A stretch of DNA of 63,025 nt, filler included, from Rhabdomonas costata (lineage: Eukaryota): the NCBI GenBank assembly GCA_019059605.1. It is 26 parts of 26 records of this genome, joined end to end, with 100 filler letters (N's around TTAATTAATTAA, not from the genome) between each part and the next. Parts side by side here need not be neighbours in the genome. Positions count along the whole stretch, not along the records: positions 12,136 to 14,475 come from JAHMHO010003998.1; positions 14,576 to 16,904 come from JAHMHO010003999.1; positions 17,005 to 19,332 come from JAHMHO010004000.1; positions 19,433 to 21,761 come from JAHMHO010004001.1; positions 21,862 to 24,189 come from JAHMHO010004002.1; positions 24,290 to 26,618 come from JAHMHO010004003.1; 20 more parts are not named here. One strand, given 5' to 3'. Positions within the stretch are counted from its first letter, which is position 1, and each line of letters opens with the position of its first letter. A program made the translations under genes and the position numbers. Positions 12,663 to 24,510 of this stretch are shown here, piece by piece. Under the pieces are notes generated by a model. The model ran no database searches and was not told the origin of the DNA. It worked only from the letters and a program-made list of their open reading frames with translations.

Positions 12663-13743
12663 GCCTTAGAGGAGAGATAGAGAAAAAGTGCTGTTCGTGC
12701 TCGTCAGCGCGGACGGCTACACCCCCCCAGTTTTTCGGCTTTTGTGCTGTGTGTTCTTCTTTTTGGTTTGTTTGGAAGGAAGTTATCCCGCGACAAATCT
12801 GGTCACAATTATACTTTTTTTGTTGAGGTGTATTTCTGTTCTGAACGAACTTTTTAGGCACCTGAGAAGTGGTTTGCTTTCTCTAAATGATGTGATATTT
12901 TCTTAAAATCTTAAGCCGAGCCAGGTCATTCCTGCAGTGCAAATGCATTTTTTATTGGACAGAAAGTGATCTCATCGTTCATTATTTAGATACGGGTTGT
13001 ACGCACATGCGTCTCATGCAAGGACGTTGCGGACATCCCCTGTGCGTCCTCTTCCGTCCAATGCGGCATCACCACCAACTTGTAAAATCAACTACTACTT
13101 CCTTGTGGAATCATCACGTTCCCGGTTTTCGGTTTAAAGGTTGGGACGATGGCGCTGGGACTTCTTTGGCAGGACACTTTCCGCAAGGAACCCGCCGCCG
13201 AATCATAAAAAAAACACGGCATTGCTCATTGCTTTTCGCTGCAACTGACTTACCTGCTGCCAGCGGCACCGGCTAACGGATTCATTCGGCCAAATCCCAG
13301 CACACAGTTGTGCTGGGTCGGAAAGTGCCACGGGTTACCTATTGTCGGAAATAGGTTCACCCCTTGGGCCCCGGTTCATTCTTTTAAAATGCCTCCCTCC
13401 CAACGCCAGTCCGCGCAACCAAATGCACTTTTGGCCTTTTCGGGCTCCCCCCCTCAATGTCCGTTGTCAATTTCGTGCTTGTGTTCCTTCTTTTGGTTTC
13501 CATGTATTGAACAGCATAATAAAAACAAAGGGATTCTGAATTGAAACCCCCCTTTACTAGACCAAATTTCTCCTAATAAAAACGGCAAAGAGTTGTTTAC
13601 ACAGTTTTTCATGCAGGAGTTTTGAACGTAAAGGGACAGCTCAAATTTCGAATCCGAGCCCTGTTAAGGAAGGGTTCTCCGCGCCACGTCGGCTGACTTT
13701 GATGTGGCAAACTTTCGGCACGGAACGACCCAAACTACGAAAA

Positions 13744-13782
<39 letters not shown>

Positions 13783-13789
13783 TTGTGTG
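13744..13789. repeat. (GT)n microsatellite
   Basis: Read directly from the sequence. Confidence 0.9.
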
Positions 13790-15440
13790 GGGCGCGGTGC
13801 GTGTCGGAGATTTTTGGCTTCCCCTCCTTTTGCATTGGATGTAGGACGTGTCCTAAAAACGATGACATTTTGGAATGCCTTTGAAAAGACAACAACTAAT
13901 CCTTATAACCTTGACCGTGAAAGAAGCAAAGCGGCCTTATTTCCCCTAAATTTCCACCATGACGGCCGATAATCTCGAAGCAGCATGACGACGACGTTTT
14001 TTTTTTTTGGGATTACCGGTATTGTGGGCGAAAGCCCGCAGCAACGCACGGGCTGAAGAGCACACACCGAAGCAGGGAAGACGAACCACAAAAAAACAGG
14101 CACGCCAAAAGAGTGCACCAGCTTTTACAAGGGGGGCGCAAGGTGGGTTGGCATGAAAACGCAGGTGCAACAGAAAAGCGTGCCACCCACCAGGAAAGCG
14201 TGGTCAGCGCGATTCGACGCGATCGCCTTGCAAATTCTGCGCATCTCTGTCGGAACATTGGCGCCCCAAATGCAACAGCATGTGCCAAAGGTCCACCCTC
14301 GCAATGCCGATGAAATCTGCGTCAAATCCGTGAAAACCACAGTTCCACACTACCACCACAACTTCGTGGCAATCGTTGATGGCGATGGCAACCTTCATTT
14401 CGCAAACGGTTTTAGGTGGACAACCAGTTTTCCCAGCAACCGCAGGTGTCTCGCCCAACCGATCCCCCACACAAANNNNNNNNNNNNNNNNNNNNNNNNN
14501 NNNNNNNNNNNNNNNNNNNTTAATTAATTAANNNNNNNNNNNNNNNNNNNNNNNNNNNNNNNNNNNNNNNNNNNNGTGTTGTTGGGCTCCAGGACGGAAA
14601 CGGAAAGCCTGACCCCAGGAGCCCAACGACATATCATCACGGTGTCACGGTAACCGATGAGAACTGGAGAGGACAGGAACAAGAATGCGAAGGCTGATAG
14701 AAGATCTGGCGTACCAGAGGTCTGGGCATCACAATCAACGCGATTTCATTAGAATTGATTCTGGGATTCTCCTAAAACCTCATTACCTTCTGAGTCAAAT
14801 CAGATCCACGTATGCAACCCCAAGCGGCCCATAAACGTGCCCTCACTTGGTTTGTGCCTCATCAGCAGCCCCCACTCGGAAAATCAGAATTCCGGGGGGG
14901 GGGAAACAGCAGGAATAACGCAGCTCGTGCGAATGAAAGCAAAGGGGACCCACGCCGGCAGCGTAAAAAATAAAATACCGCGTAATCATGAGATTCCGTC
15001 GATACGGCGAAAAGAAAACGCAAGCTAGGCCCCACGCCAGCACATCGGCTGCACCGCGTACACGCACCCGCCATGTACGGAGCAAATCCCATCCAGGCAG
15101 GGAACCAAAACTGCCCACCATCACCCTTGCCTTTGCAAGCGGAGTGAGAGAGAGAGAGTGAGGAAACCGCACTTTCACTGCCCTCCATGAGGGGCAAAGG
15201 GTGAAGCCCAAGGCGAAGCGCAGAGGCAAAGTTCAGCCACAAAGGAGGGGAAAACACTAAAGCTTCACCCTCCTACCCTTCGTGCGGCAGCTGTGCTCTG
15301 CACCGCACAGTCATTCCGTACATTTACAGGGAGGATACCAGTGGACTGAGGAAGGGCACAAACCAAACAGGAAGGAGGAAGAGTAGGCCAACAATCATCT
15401 CGCCAACTAACTTTGCAAGGAGGGAAAGGGTTGCATCGGG

Positions 15441-16499
15441 CTATATGTCGTGATCCAGGTGATCCAGCACGACTTCCTGCCCCGCATCCGAGAGCTTGGT
15501 CAAAAGGTCTCGGTAGAGTTGGTGGAAGTTCAGAGAGGACCCCCTAGTCCTGCAGTTGGTTCCCCACAGAAGCATTAGAAGTGGGAAAGCCAGTGAAGAG
15601 GGACGGTTTGACAACAACATTTCGCAGAATACAGTTCGGCGCTGTTCCGGAAGTTAGGATGTGGGTGGCACCGCATCATTGTTTCCCTAAAATCCGGTCG
15701 TGGTCCACATAACATTTCGAACGAAAGTTTCTTTTTTGCTTATATCTCTGCAGCTGATCGTTAGCGTGTGGTCAATTATTGTGCCATGGTGAAACTCCCA
15801 GTTTACGGTGTATGCTATTGTCAGAAATCAAGGTTACGGTGGGGTATGGGGGTGGGGCGTCCCAGAACTCCGGGAACCACATCCCCTGTAACACGTCCTG
15901 ATAAGTTCCATGCAGACAGTTCCAACGTTACAATGCAGACTCACTGGAACAGCGGTCAGATGGCCGATGCAAAAAAAAAAAAGAGAACGACATCGAGACA
16001 AATTTAACCTTCAGCTATTGGCGCACTTGGGGCGCTGCCGTTGTGCCAGTAAATATATGCATGTGCCAAATAACATCCTCCTTCTGCCAGATACACGAAA
16101 CCGAAACACCCCCTAAAAACCCAAAATGCCCTTGACCAGCTGCGGTTTCGGCAGGGGAAAAGGGGCTAGGATCCGCACAAAAAAATTGAACCAAGCAATA
16201 GGAAAGCCGAAGCAAACTCAGTGAGTGACGGCAAAGCTGACGCCGCCACACTGGCGATCGTGGCGCGGCGCCAGCCTGCAGTACTCGACCAATATCCATC
16301 ATTCCCGATGCATCATATCAGAAGGTGACATGCATCGCAGCAGCTGAAGCTGAACCACAAGAGCCCCGTCAGATAAACAGACTTTGCGCTGTTCCGCGCT
16401 TTTCTGTTGGTGGGAAGAGGAGGAAACGTACCTGCGAACTTCGAGCACGCTGTTCTCACCCTTACTCTTGACGGTGATGTTGAAGCAAACCAACTCGCC
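15441..16499 (-). CDS. C-terminal KA1/CIPK_C-like domain of a CAMK/SnRK-type kinase, last two exons
   Basis: Exons 16499-16432 and 15549-15441 splice in phase to GELVCFNITVKSKGENSVLEVRR|TRGSSLNFHQLYRDLLTKL...stop. Compare the motif ELRKxxGDTLEFHKFY. Confidence 0.7.
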
Positions 16500-17064
16500 C
16501 TAAAAGCGCATGTTTTGTGACAGCGTGCAAGACCTGCCGTATAAAGCAATTTTGTCAAAGCGGAAGCGGAAGTCATTCCATCGCCTACATATGAGTAGTG
16601 CATCTCTTGTGTTGGTGCTGGTGAACTGGAGAAAAACTGATGAGTCCGCAGCCTTGCGCCCTGTCCAACAACAAATCACCAATCCACCCGTGTAAAAGGT
16701 TTCCTGCTCTTGTTCCGTCCGACCCCTCCCACTCCCCCTCTCGTAGTTTCGGTTCATTGCCACAGAACATGCACAACATGCTGAACAACTCCAACTTCAT
16801 TCCAAAATGTATGCACTTTGCGCATTGGCCTTCCATTCCATTTGGCAAACAACAGCAGCCAATCACTCAGCAAATGTTGGAAAACATCTATAGTAGGTTC
16901 CACCNNNNNNNNNNNNNNNNNNNNNNNNNNNNNNNNNNNNNNNNNNNNTTAATTAATTAANNNNNNNNNNNNNNNNNNNNNNNNNNNNNNNNNNNNNNNN
17001 NNNNTTTTGTTGGGCCCTGTTTTCCTTCGAATGACTTGTGGTCCTCCCCCTGCGTTTGTTTCAG

Positions 17065-17163
17065 GAGCGGGACGAGCTCCCCCGTGACTTCACGACAATG
17101 TTTGACCACACCATGTTCAAGTTCGACACCAACCTGATTCCAGAGGCCATCGACTTGTACAAG
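17065..17163 (+). CDS. IFT52: Intraflagellar transport protein 52, exon ERDELPRDF...
   Basis: ERDELPRDFTTMFDHTMFKFDTNLIPEAIDLYK, flanked by tttcag and gtgcca. Confidence 0.88.
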
Positions 17164-17411
17164 GTGCCACATACCTATCAGTAGCAGCTGTTGTGGTGCT
17201 CTTTCTTCGCGGAGCTCCGCAGCATTTTGTTCGACCACTTTGAATGTTTCGCAGCTCGCTATTTTTCCTTCCCAGTATTTTCCCCTGGTTTCTTCGACTG
17301 CTTGCGGCTGACTTCTCGGAAAGCCAGTTCAACTTTGCAGACCTGCTGGACCACAATCATTTTTTTAGCGGAGCAGATGACCATCCCTCGCTGCAGCGGT
17401 TTCCCCTTTTG

Positions 17412-17513
17412 GTCAAGCTCAACCAGATTGACAGCGAGGACCCCGAGGTCAGCGACTACCACTTCCTCCCGGACACTCAGGCTCTTGCGGAGCGGCTGCG
17501 TGTCTGTCTTGAG
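17412..17513 (+). CDS. IFT52: IFT52 exon VKLNQID... (normally upstream of the previous exon; out of order here)
   Basis: VKLNQIDSEDPEVSDYHFLPDTQALAERLRVCLE, with donor gttgtc. The position where an acceptor is expected reads TG, not AG. Confidence 0.85.
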
Positions 17514-17876
17514 GTTGTCTGTGCAGCTTTTGTGGCGCGGAAAGATGGGGAAGTGAGCGGAAAGATTTACAGTTAACAAATGTCGTCGTTGGGGACCTAA
17601 AATGGAGGTCAGAAGTCGTCTCGGTCCGGCCTCTCAAAACGTTGTGCACCTCAAATTGTGAAGATTGGGGTTTGAGTTTTCAGTTTGGGGTTGTAATCTT
17701 GACATCTTTTTTTTTGCCTTTGAATGATTGGTCACCTGTGCTCTGTGCTTCGAATGTTTTGCGTTTTTTTTTTTCGGCGGCTTTGCGACATGTATTAAGT
17801 ATTTTGTGGGCGGGGGGGGGGGGGCGTTCATCTCCCTCTGTCGTCCTTGTGTCACTGGGGTCCGGTTCTGCTGAAG

Positions 17877-19137
17877 CCTCGGTTGTGGTACAACTCTTCG
17901 AGTGGGCCGACCACAGCTATGGGGTGCCGGTGTGGGTCACTGTGCTGGGGTGTGCTGTGGCGATGCGTTTCGCGCTGTTCCCGGTCTTCCTGTACACCCG
18001 CAAGACCGCCCTGCTGATCACGCTGTCCCGGCCGCTGCTCGAGCGGCGCGGCGTTCTTGTGCAGCGGCTAAAGGACTCCGGGGAGCCCCTCAGCGGCGAT
18101 AAGGTCGATTTGAAAGGTGGGGGAGTATCGTGGGATATTTCAGTTCCGCATCAGCCGGCGCATCGTTCACTCAACGTACATCAGAATTGAACAGAGATGC
18201 ATTATGTTCTGGAATGAACGTTTCTTTCCTTTGTTTCCGTCCTCAAGACTATGGTTTGCCTTCTCGTCCGTGCCAGGGACAACACGCAGAGAGATTACCG
18301 TGCAAATGAAGCAGCATCGCTGCATTCAAGGTTGTGTTTGAATTCGGGCTCACCCTTTTCAAATGTGCTTTAGAGGGTTAGATGAAATCCCGAGGGTTGA
18401 CGTGCTGCACAACTGTACCCCTCTTTTCACGTCGAGGGACAACTGAGGGGAGTTAAACGTTTAGCACCGCTAACCGTTTATGGCTTTTGCGGATTTTTGG
18501 AATTGGGCTGTGGCAGACAAATGGAATAATTTGTTTTAGGTGCGAAGGCCAGTCCGCGGCTCGGCCGCAGCGGGCGTATGGTTGGGTCGTTTCATGGGGT
18601 GGGCGATGCTCCATTTTAACACCGCTAAACGTTTAGCGGTGCTAAACGTCCGAAACGTCCAAAAATGGTATATTTATGTCACAGGGAACTGTGTCAACAA
18701 CCTCTGAAAGCCTTTGTGTGTGTGCCAGGTATATTTGTTTTTCTGCCCCGTAGACAGACATACTTAAATTGAGGGTGGTTCGGAAATTTATGACCGTTCA
18801 GCAGTGCTGAATGTTTAACGCACACCTTCCCCCGCCGAAAAAGATTCGAGAGGGCCTGACGAGGTGGAGGACTCTCGTCCGCACCAGGGGGTGAGCATCC
18901 TTATATGCAAGCGACAATTCCCGTTTTCAGCTTTCTGAGGTCAACGGGGCCTTCAGTGCGGCAATGGACCGCGTGCGTCCGGGGCTGCGGGTGTGGAAGG
19001 CTATGCCTGTGCCCTTGGCCACGGCTGGGATTCAGCTGGTGGCGTTCGCTGCAATGCGCCGGGCCTTCGTCCATCCCAATATGGGGCCTCCTGCACCAAT
19101 GGAGTGGCTGTGGGTGAAGGACTTGTACACCCCCCAG
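17877..19137 (+). CDS. Partial YidC/Oxa1/Cox18 family mitochondrial membrane insertase
   Basis: Exon about 17877-18103 (HSYGVPVWVTVLGCAVAMRFALFPVFLY) and exon 18931-19137 (IQLVAFAAMRR...WLWVKDL). Both carry hallmark Oxa1/YidC motifs. Confidence 0.8.
18452..18819. mobile_element. Putative MITE in the Oxa1 intron
   Basis: Imperfect ~28-bp inverted termini (gttaaacgtttagcaccgctaaccgtt / gaccgttcagcagtgctgaatgtttaac) and an internal perfect 22-bp palindrome of the same motif at 18620-18641. Confidence 0.5.
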
Positions 19138-19432
19138 GTGAGCGTGCCATGCTTAGTGCACCACTTTACCTGCCCCAACTTGCGGGGGGGGGGGGGGGAA
19201 TGGAAGGGTTGAACATTCATACTGTCTGCACATGGTCCATGGGGTCAACAAAGCACTTCCAAAGTTTCTTGTGAACCCGACTTTGTATACGTAACTACCC
19301 TGATGGGGGCGGGGAGTGGGAACCACCAAAAANNNNNNNNNNNNNNNNNNNNNNNNNNNNNNNNNNNNNNNNNNNNTTAATTAATTAANNNNNNNNNNNN
19401 NNNNNNNNNNNNNNNNNNNNNNNNNNNNNNNN

Positions 19433-21620
19433 GTGGTTGTGGATCGCCGCCAGCATCAGAGCGGTGACGCCCTCCCCCGTGGCGGAGTTGGGGTCCGCGG
19501 GCACCATCTGTCGCAGGGCTGTGAAGGAAGGAGAAGGGAAGTGTGGCCAAGGGATCGCCTGATATAGCCAGCTTCGAATACTGGAAGACTTACTGGGACG
19601 CAAGAAATCGTTACTGCTCTTCAAACCGAAAGTGTCAGCACTGCCCGGGACAACAGTGTACCAGTGCTGGTGTTCAATGGGGAAAATCCCGTTCAACAAA
19701 GCCTGGCTTTGACACTGGCAAGGGAAGCAATGCATGCTTTTGGGGGTTGTTTTCGTGATCTTTTTGGTGCCACTATACTTACCAGAGGACCAAGGGTTGG
19801 ACCAGGTAGTAAAACATGGTATGCTCCGTCTTATATTCCCACCTCATCCCGACCGCTACCAAAGCAGTCCAACGCTTCACACCGCTCCTAAAACTCAGTG
19901 CCATCGCAGCGCCATTGAAACCGAAAGACTGTTACCTCCATCTACAGTCCGCTGACTGAAACGAAATGAAAATACGAAAAGTGGCTGACCCCAAACCACT
20001 GCAATGAAACCAGGGGTCCGAAAGAAGCCTCCCAGAGATCACTTTCATGACCTTGGGGACTCAGTTGCCTAAGCGTGATGCCTCGAATGCCCTTCCGAGC
20101 AGGATCCGTAGTCTCCCACACAGCACCCGCTGAGATTTTGTCCGGAAAAGGTGTAAGCTGTGCTGACCTCTTTTGGTGGCCTCTGGAGTTGGGTTCCTTA
20201 GGGAGCGACAGCCGGACCGGACACCAAGAAAACAAGAAAACGTGAGAACTGACGGCATCATGCGTACGAACATGTGCGAACACATGCTGTCTTCATACGT
20301 GCAGTTGCCAGGGCCAAATCGCCTTTGAGCTGCCTGTCTATCAGCGGCCTAGCTCCGTCGATTGGTGCCATTTTCATCGGGTGCTTCCATATTCCAACAG
20401 CAATCCAACCAATCTCAAACCTCCCGAGACTTCAGCACGGGTACAGATAACTGTAACCCTCCCCCACCGAATAGAAATTTAAGCTTTCCGCCATTCACAC
20501 AGCAGCAAATCCAAAAAAGATATGGGTCTGACACAACGCCCCTGGTCCTTCAGTGTCGAATAATCGTCAGGGCATCAGACAGAGAAAACTTACTTCCAAT
20601 CCAAACTCAACCCCTCCCACACATCAAAAAGACTTCTTGAAAACAGTGACGAAGAAGCGAAGTGATGCACAAGGAGAGCGCGTACTCTGGGTTGGGTTGT
20701 GGCGGCGGAAGGGCGCCAGTAGGGCTCCGGTGAGGGCCCGGTACCGCGCCCCCTCGCGAAGCCCCTCACGCAGCAGCTGCTCCACGTACTCCAGGGGGCG
20801 GAAGCATACCCCGTCCAGCAGCCGCCAGTTCGCCTCGGGCTGCAGCTCCAGCTGCACGTCTTCATTGCCATAGGCCAGGGGGAGCTGGCCCTGCGCGTCC
20901 CTCACATCTGAGAAAAGGTATAAAAAGAAAACGAGGCAGACGTAGAGGCAAACGTAAACAAAATTGTCTTGGTGGATTGTCGTCGGCTAGGCCTTCCCGC
21001 ACTACAGCAATGCGGAGAAAGCCATGACAATATGAACACCACAGCGAGAGTTTACCCCGCCCCCATTCCCGAACCTTCTTCTTCCACAGGAACGACATGC
21101 ATAAGAATCAGGTTCGGGAAATGAGTTCACTGGTGGATCCCAACATTTAGACCACTGTGTCATGGACTGTGGAAAACAAAGTATAACGCAAAGAAGGAAG
21201 GTAGCTTAGTGCCTCGCATTACCATATATTACCATTGCGGAAGGGATCATTCCCCCAGATTTGGAAAAAATTCTCGCGTGCCGGCAGACAAAAAGGGTCC
21301 GGGCGTTAGCGGGGGATGACAGATGGTGGGTTAGTCGAAACCGCACAGCCATAAAATTCACACACAGCACAAAGTGCAGGCCTGGTTGGGCGTGCCCGCG
21401 GCGAATCAGCATTCGCACTATCAGTGGCCGCAGCATTTGAGCTGCGACGTGCAGTGCGGTGCGGCCCTTGGCGTCGGTGAGGTCCACGGAAGCCTTCCAC
21501 TGCAGTAGACGAACCATCACCGCAAACTTCCCGGTCATCGCCGCGCCGTGCAGGGCGGTCGCTCCCGCGTGGTTGTGGGAGAATTTGAATCCGTTCTGGC
21601 CGTCGATCTTAGCCCCTAAA
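19433..21620 (-). CDS. Partial ankyrin-repeat protein, multi-exon
   Basis: GATALHGAA, DAKGRTALHVAA, DVRDAQGQLPL and ADPNSATGEGVTALMLAA. Includes a GC-AG intron at 21381-20908. Confidence 0.9.
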
Positions 21621-21901
21621 CAAACCCCAGAGGGCCGAAGCAGTATTCAAAATGAGCAAGAAAGTCCCCAGCAATTGGACAAAGCAGTTGAAGTAAGCAG
21701 CCCGTCTGAAACAACTGAGAAGAGGGACATGGCTACCCCAAAAACCACACACACCCAACACNNNNNNNNNNNNNNNNNNNNNNNNNNNNNNNNNNNNNNN
21801 NNNNNTTAATTAATTAANNNNNNNNNNNNNNNNNNNNNNNNNNNNNNNNNNNNNNNNNNNNGGGTTGGTTGTAGGGATACAAGGTGTCATCCAAATCGAA
21901 G

Positions 21902-23100
21902 GTGAACCTGCCGTCCCCACGGTCTTCTTCGATTTGGATGACACCTTGTATCCCTATAACCAACCGCTTCTGCAGAGAACCTCGGAGCTCATCTTGGGCC
22001 ACGTCTCGGAAAAGCTGGGGATTTCCACAGCTGAGGCTGGCGCACTTCGCCAAAGATTACTGGGGAAGTACCCGATGACCATCTGTGGGCTCCTTGCCGA
22101 GGGGTACTTTCAGCCGGAAGACCTGGAGGGTTACCTGAGCGCCTCGATGGACCCACTTCCGATCGAGGAGGAAGTGCAGCCCAACCCTGGAGTGGCAGAG
22201 ATGCTGCGGGCGATGCGCCCCGAGGTGGCGAAGTGGATCCTGACCAATTCGTACATGCCCCACGCTCGACGGTATGTTGGATGCACAGTAATGTGCCCCT
22301 CTTGCACTCGCCCGGCACCCTCGAAAGAGTATTTTCCGCAGTGGTTGAAGGGTTGAGTTGATGGGCACATGTGGAGTGTGGAGTGTGGATTGTTCACCCC
22401 TCTCCTGGGGTCAGGCCATGATACCCAGTGCATATTGTCTTTAAACTTTGCACAACGGCGGTGCCTCTCTTCGTTTGTCGCCAGCAAAAGAGCGATTTCC
22501 CGAGCGGCATTTAGGGGTGAGCCTAGAACGCCGAAACTTCGAGCCCGCAAATCGTTCTGCTGGCGGAACTGGGGCCAGAGTTGACCGTTATTGGACTGCC
22601 CCTACGCTGAAGTCCAGTCACGGTGCAAGGCGAGCAATCTCACAATGCCTATCACACTTTCTCGTTTAAACAGTTGTACATGTTGAACAGATCTATGACA
22701 TTGTAATTGTTCCAACTCGTCAGTACTGTTCTTTTCAATAGAGTTTTGCGAATCTTCGAATGCGAGGAGATGTTCGACGGTCTTATAGACGTCTTTACCA
22801 TGGGGATCCATCAGTGCAAGCCCAATCCCCAGGCCTACCACACTGCCATGAGGCTTGCCGGGGTTGAACAACCCTGCCCTGTGCATTCTGGTTGATGACT
22901 CCCTGAAGAACCTCAGAGGGGCTCGCGCGGTTGGCTGGCGGACCGTGCATGTCGGCAGCCCCGCCGTGACAGACCCCGCGGTGTGCGAATTTTCGATCCC
23001 TGCCGTCACGGACCTGCCCTTGGTAATGCCGGAGCTCTTTCGCACAGCCTGCGCTGAACAGAGCACGGAGATATTTGTTGGTGTGTGCCCGGACAACTGA
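21902..23100 (+). CDS. Pyrimidine 5'-nucleotidase, SDT1/PHM8-like HAD hydrolase (5' partial; 1-nt frameshift near 22860-22877)
   Basis: HAD motifs FFDLDDTLYP, WILTNS, CKPNPQAY and ILVDDSLKNL. Intron 22272-22741. Confidence 0.9.
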
Positions 23101-24510
23101 CACTCTTTCCAGGCTTCTCGATGCCTCCGTCACAGTCCGGCATCGGACGGAGCGCGAGGCGCTGATTGCGGTAGACTGCCCTGCTCGATGAACCGTCCTT
23201 CGCAGATCATACGTGGTCCCAACTGAGGTTGTTGGCCAGCGGTTACAATTCCTGTTCAAAGGGAGCTGCACATGCGGATGGGCTCCGGAGTGGATGGGGA
23301 TGTCCTCTCTGTTTTTTTGACTTTTCCTCGGCATCGCTTGTTCTTGGACTTGCTCTGACAACGTGACAACGCGTTTTCCCTTTGGGATACAGTAATGAAT
23401 CAATGTCCCTGAGAATGCGGGGGCAGATATCCTCTCTTTGCGGTATCGAAACCGTCATCGCCGCAGCCGCTCAAACCAAGGAGCCCGTTTGCCTGAAAGC
23501 ATCAGGTATTAGAGGTTTGGTTCTATGGTATTGGACGGAGCGAGTGTCCTTGTCCTCAGAATTGCATCCAATTTGTACGGACGTCTGACCAGCAGAATTT
23601 GTTAAGAAATGGCTTGGTTTTTCGAGCACAAGGTCAAATATAGGACAAAATAATTTATTTATATTTTTCTCTTCTCGGTCGCCAGAACAGCGCTTTCCCT
23701 CCAAAGAAGTCGGTGGCATCCCCACCGTGCTTATCAGAGTATTACTTGCAGTTTGCTTGCACTTCACATTTATCACGCTCTCGTTTCCCACGAGTACGCG
23801 ATTGGGGTCTTTGCTGTGCAAAGCTTCACTTTCTCGGAGTTCATTTTTTGCTTCTTCTCGGTGTGCTTTCGAAGCTGTGTGAGAGAATGTCCCGCAACAT
23901 TCATGCTTCACCCTTGGGCTTTCGTCACCGCACGGTTGACGTGCAGGCGCCGGTGTGCGAAAGTGGGTGGTGGCTTGGATGTTCGTGCATGTATTGTGTC
24001 CCCGCAGCCTGCAACCTGCTGTTTTGATACCGCCATGATAAAAAAATCAAAGTATTCTATGTCCAATAGCTGTACTGTTAGGGTTCAGACTCACAGCACG
24101 TATTCCACTGCACACAGCGTGGCACCGTCCAAGAAAATGCTCACACATCCACAGCGCTATTATGAAGAAAGTGTTCGCGGCTTCTGGCANNNNNNNNNNN
24201 NNNNNNNNNNNNNNNNNNNNNNNNNNNNNNNNNTTAATTAATTAANNNNNNNNNNNNNNNNNNNNNNNNNNNNNNNNNNNNNNNNNNNNGATAAAGGTCT
24301 GGAATCCGACGTCTGACGTCGGATGTTTTTGTGTTGAGTTTGATTTGGGTATACTTTGGTTTTCGTGGTGTTTTTGGGTTGTGATAAGAAAGCTGTTTAC
24401 CTATTTTACAGGTTGCCGCTAAAAGCCCAGCGGAGCGGGGCTAAAGCGAGGTAGAGGCGAGTCAGGGCTAAAAAGGTCCCACTTAGTGCAAGCTAAGTCG
24501 GGATACAGGC

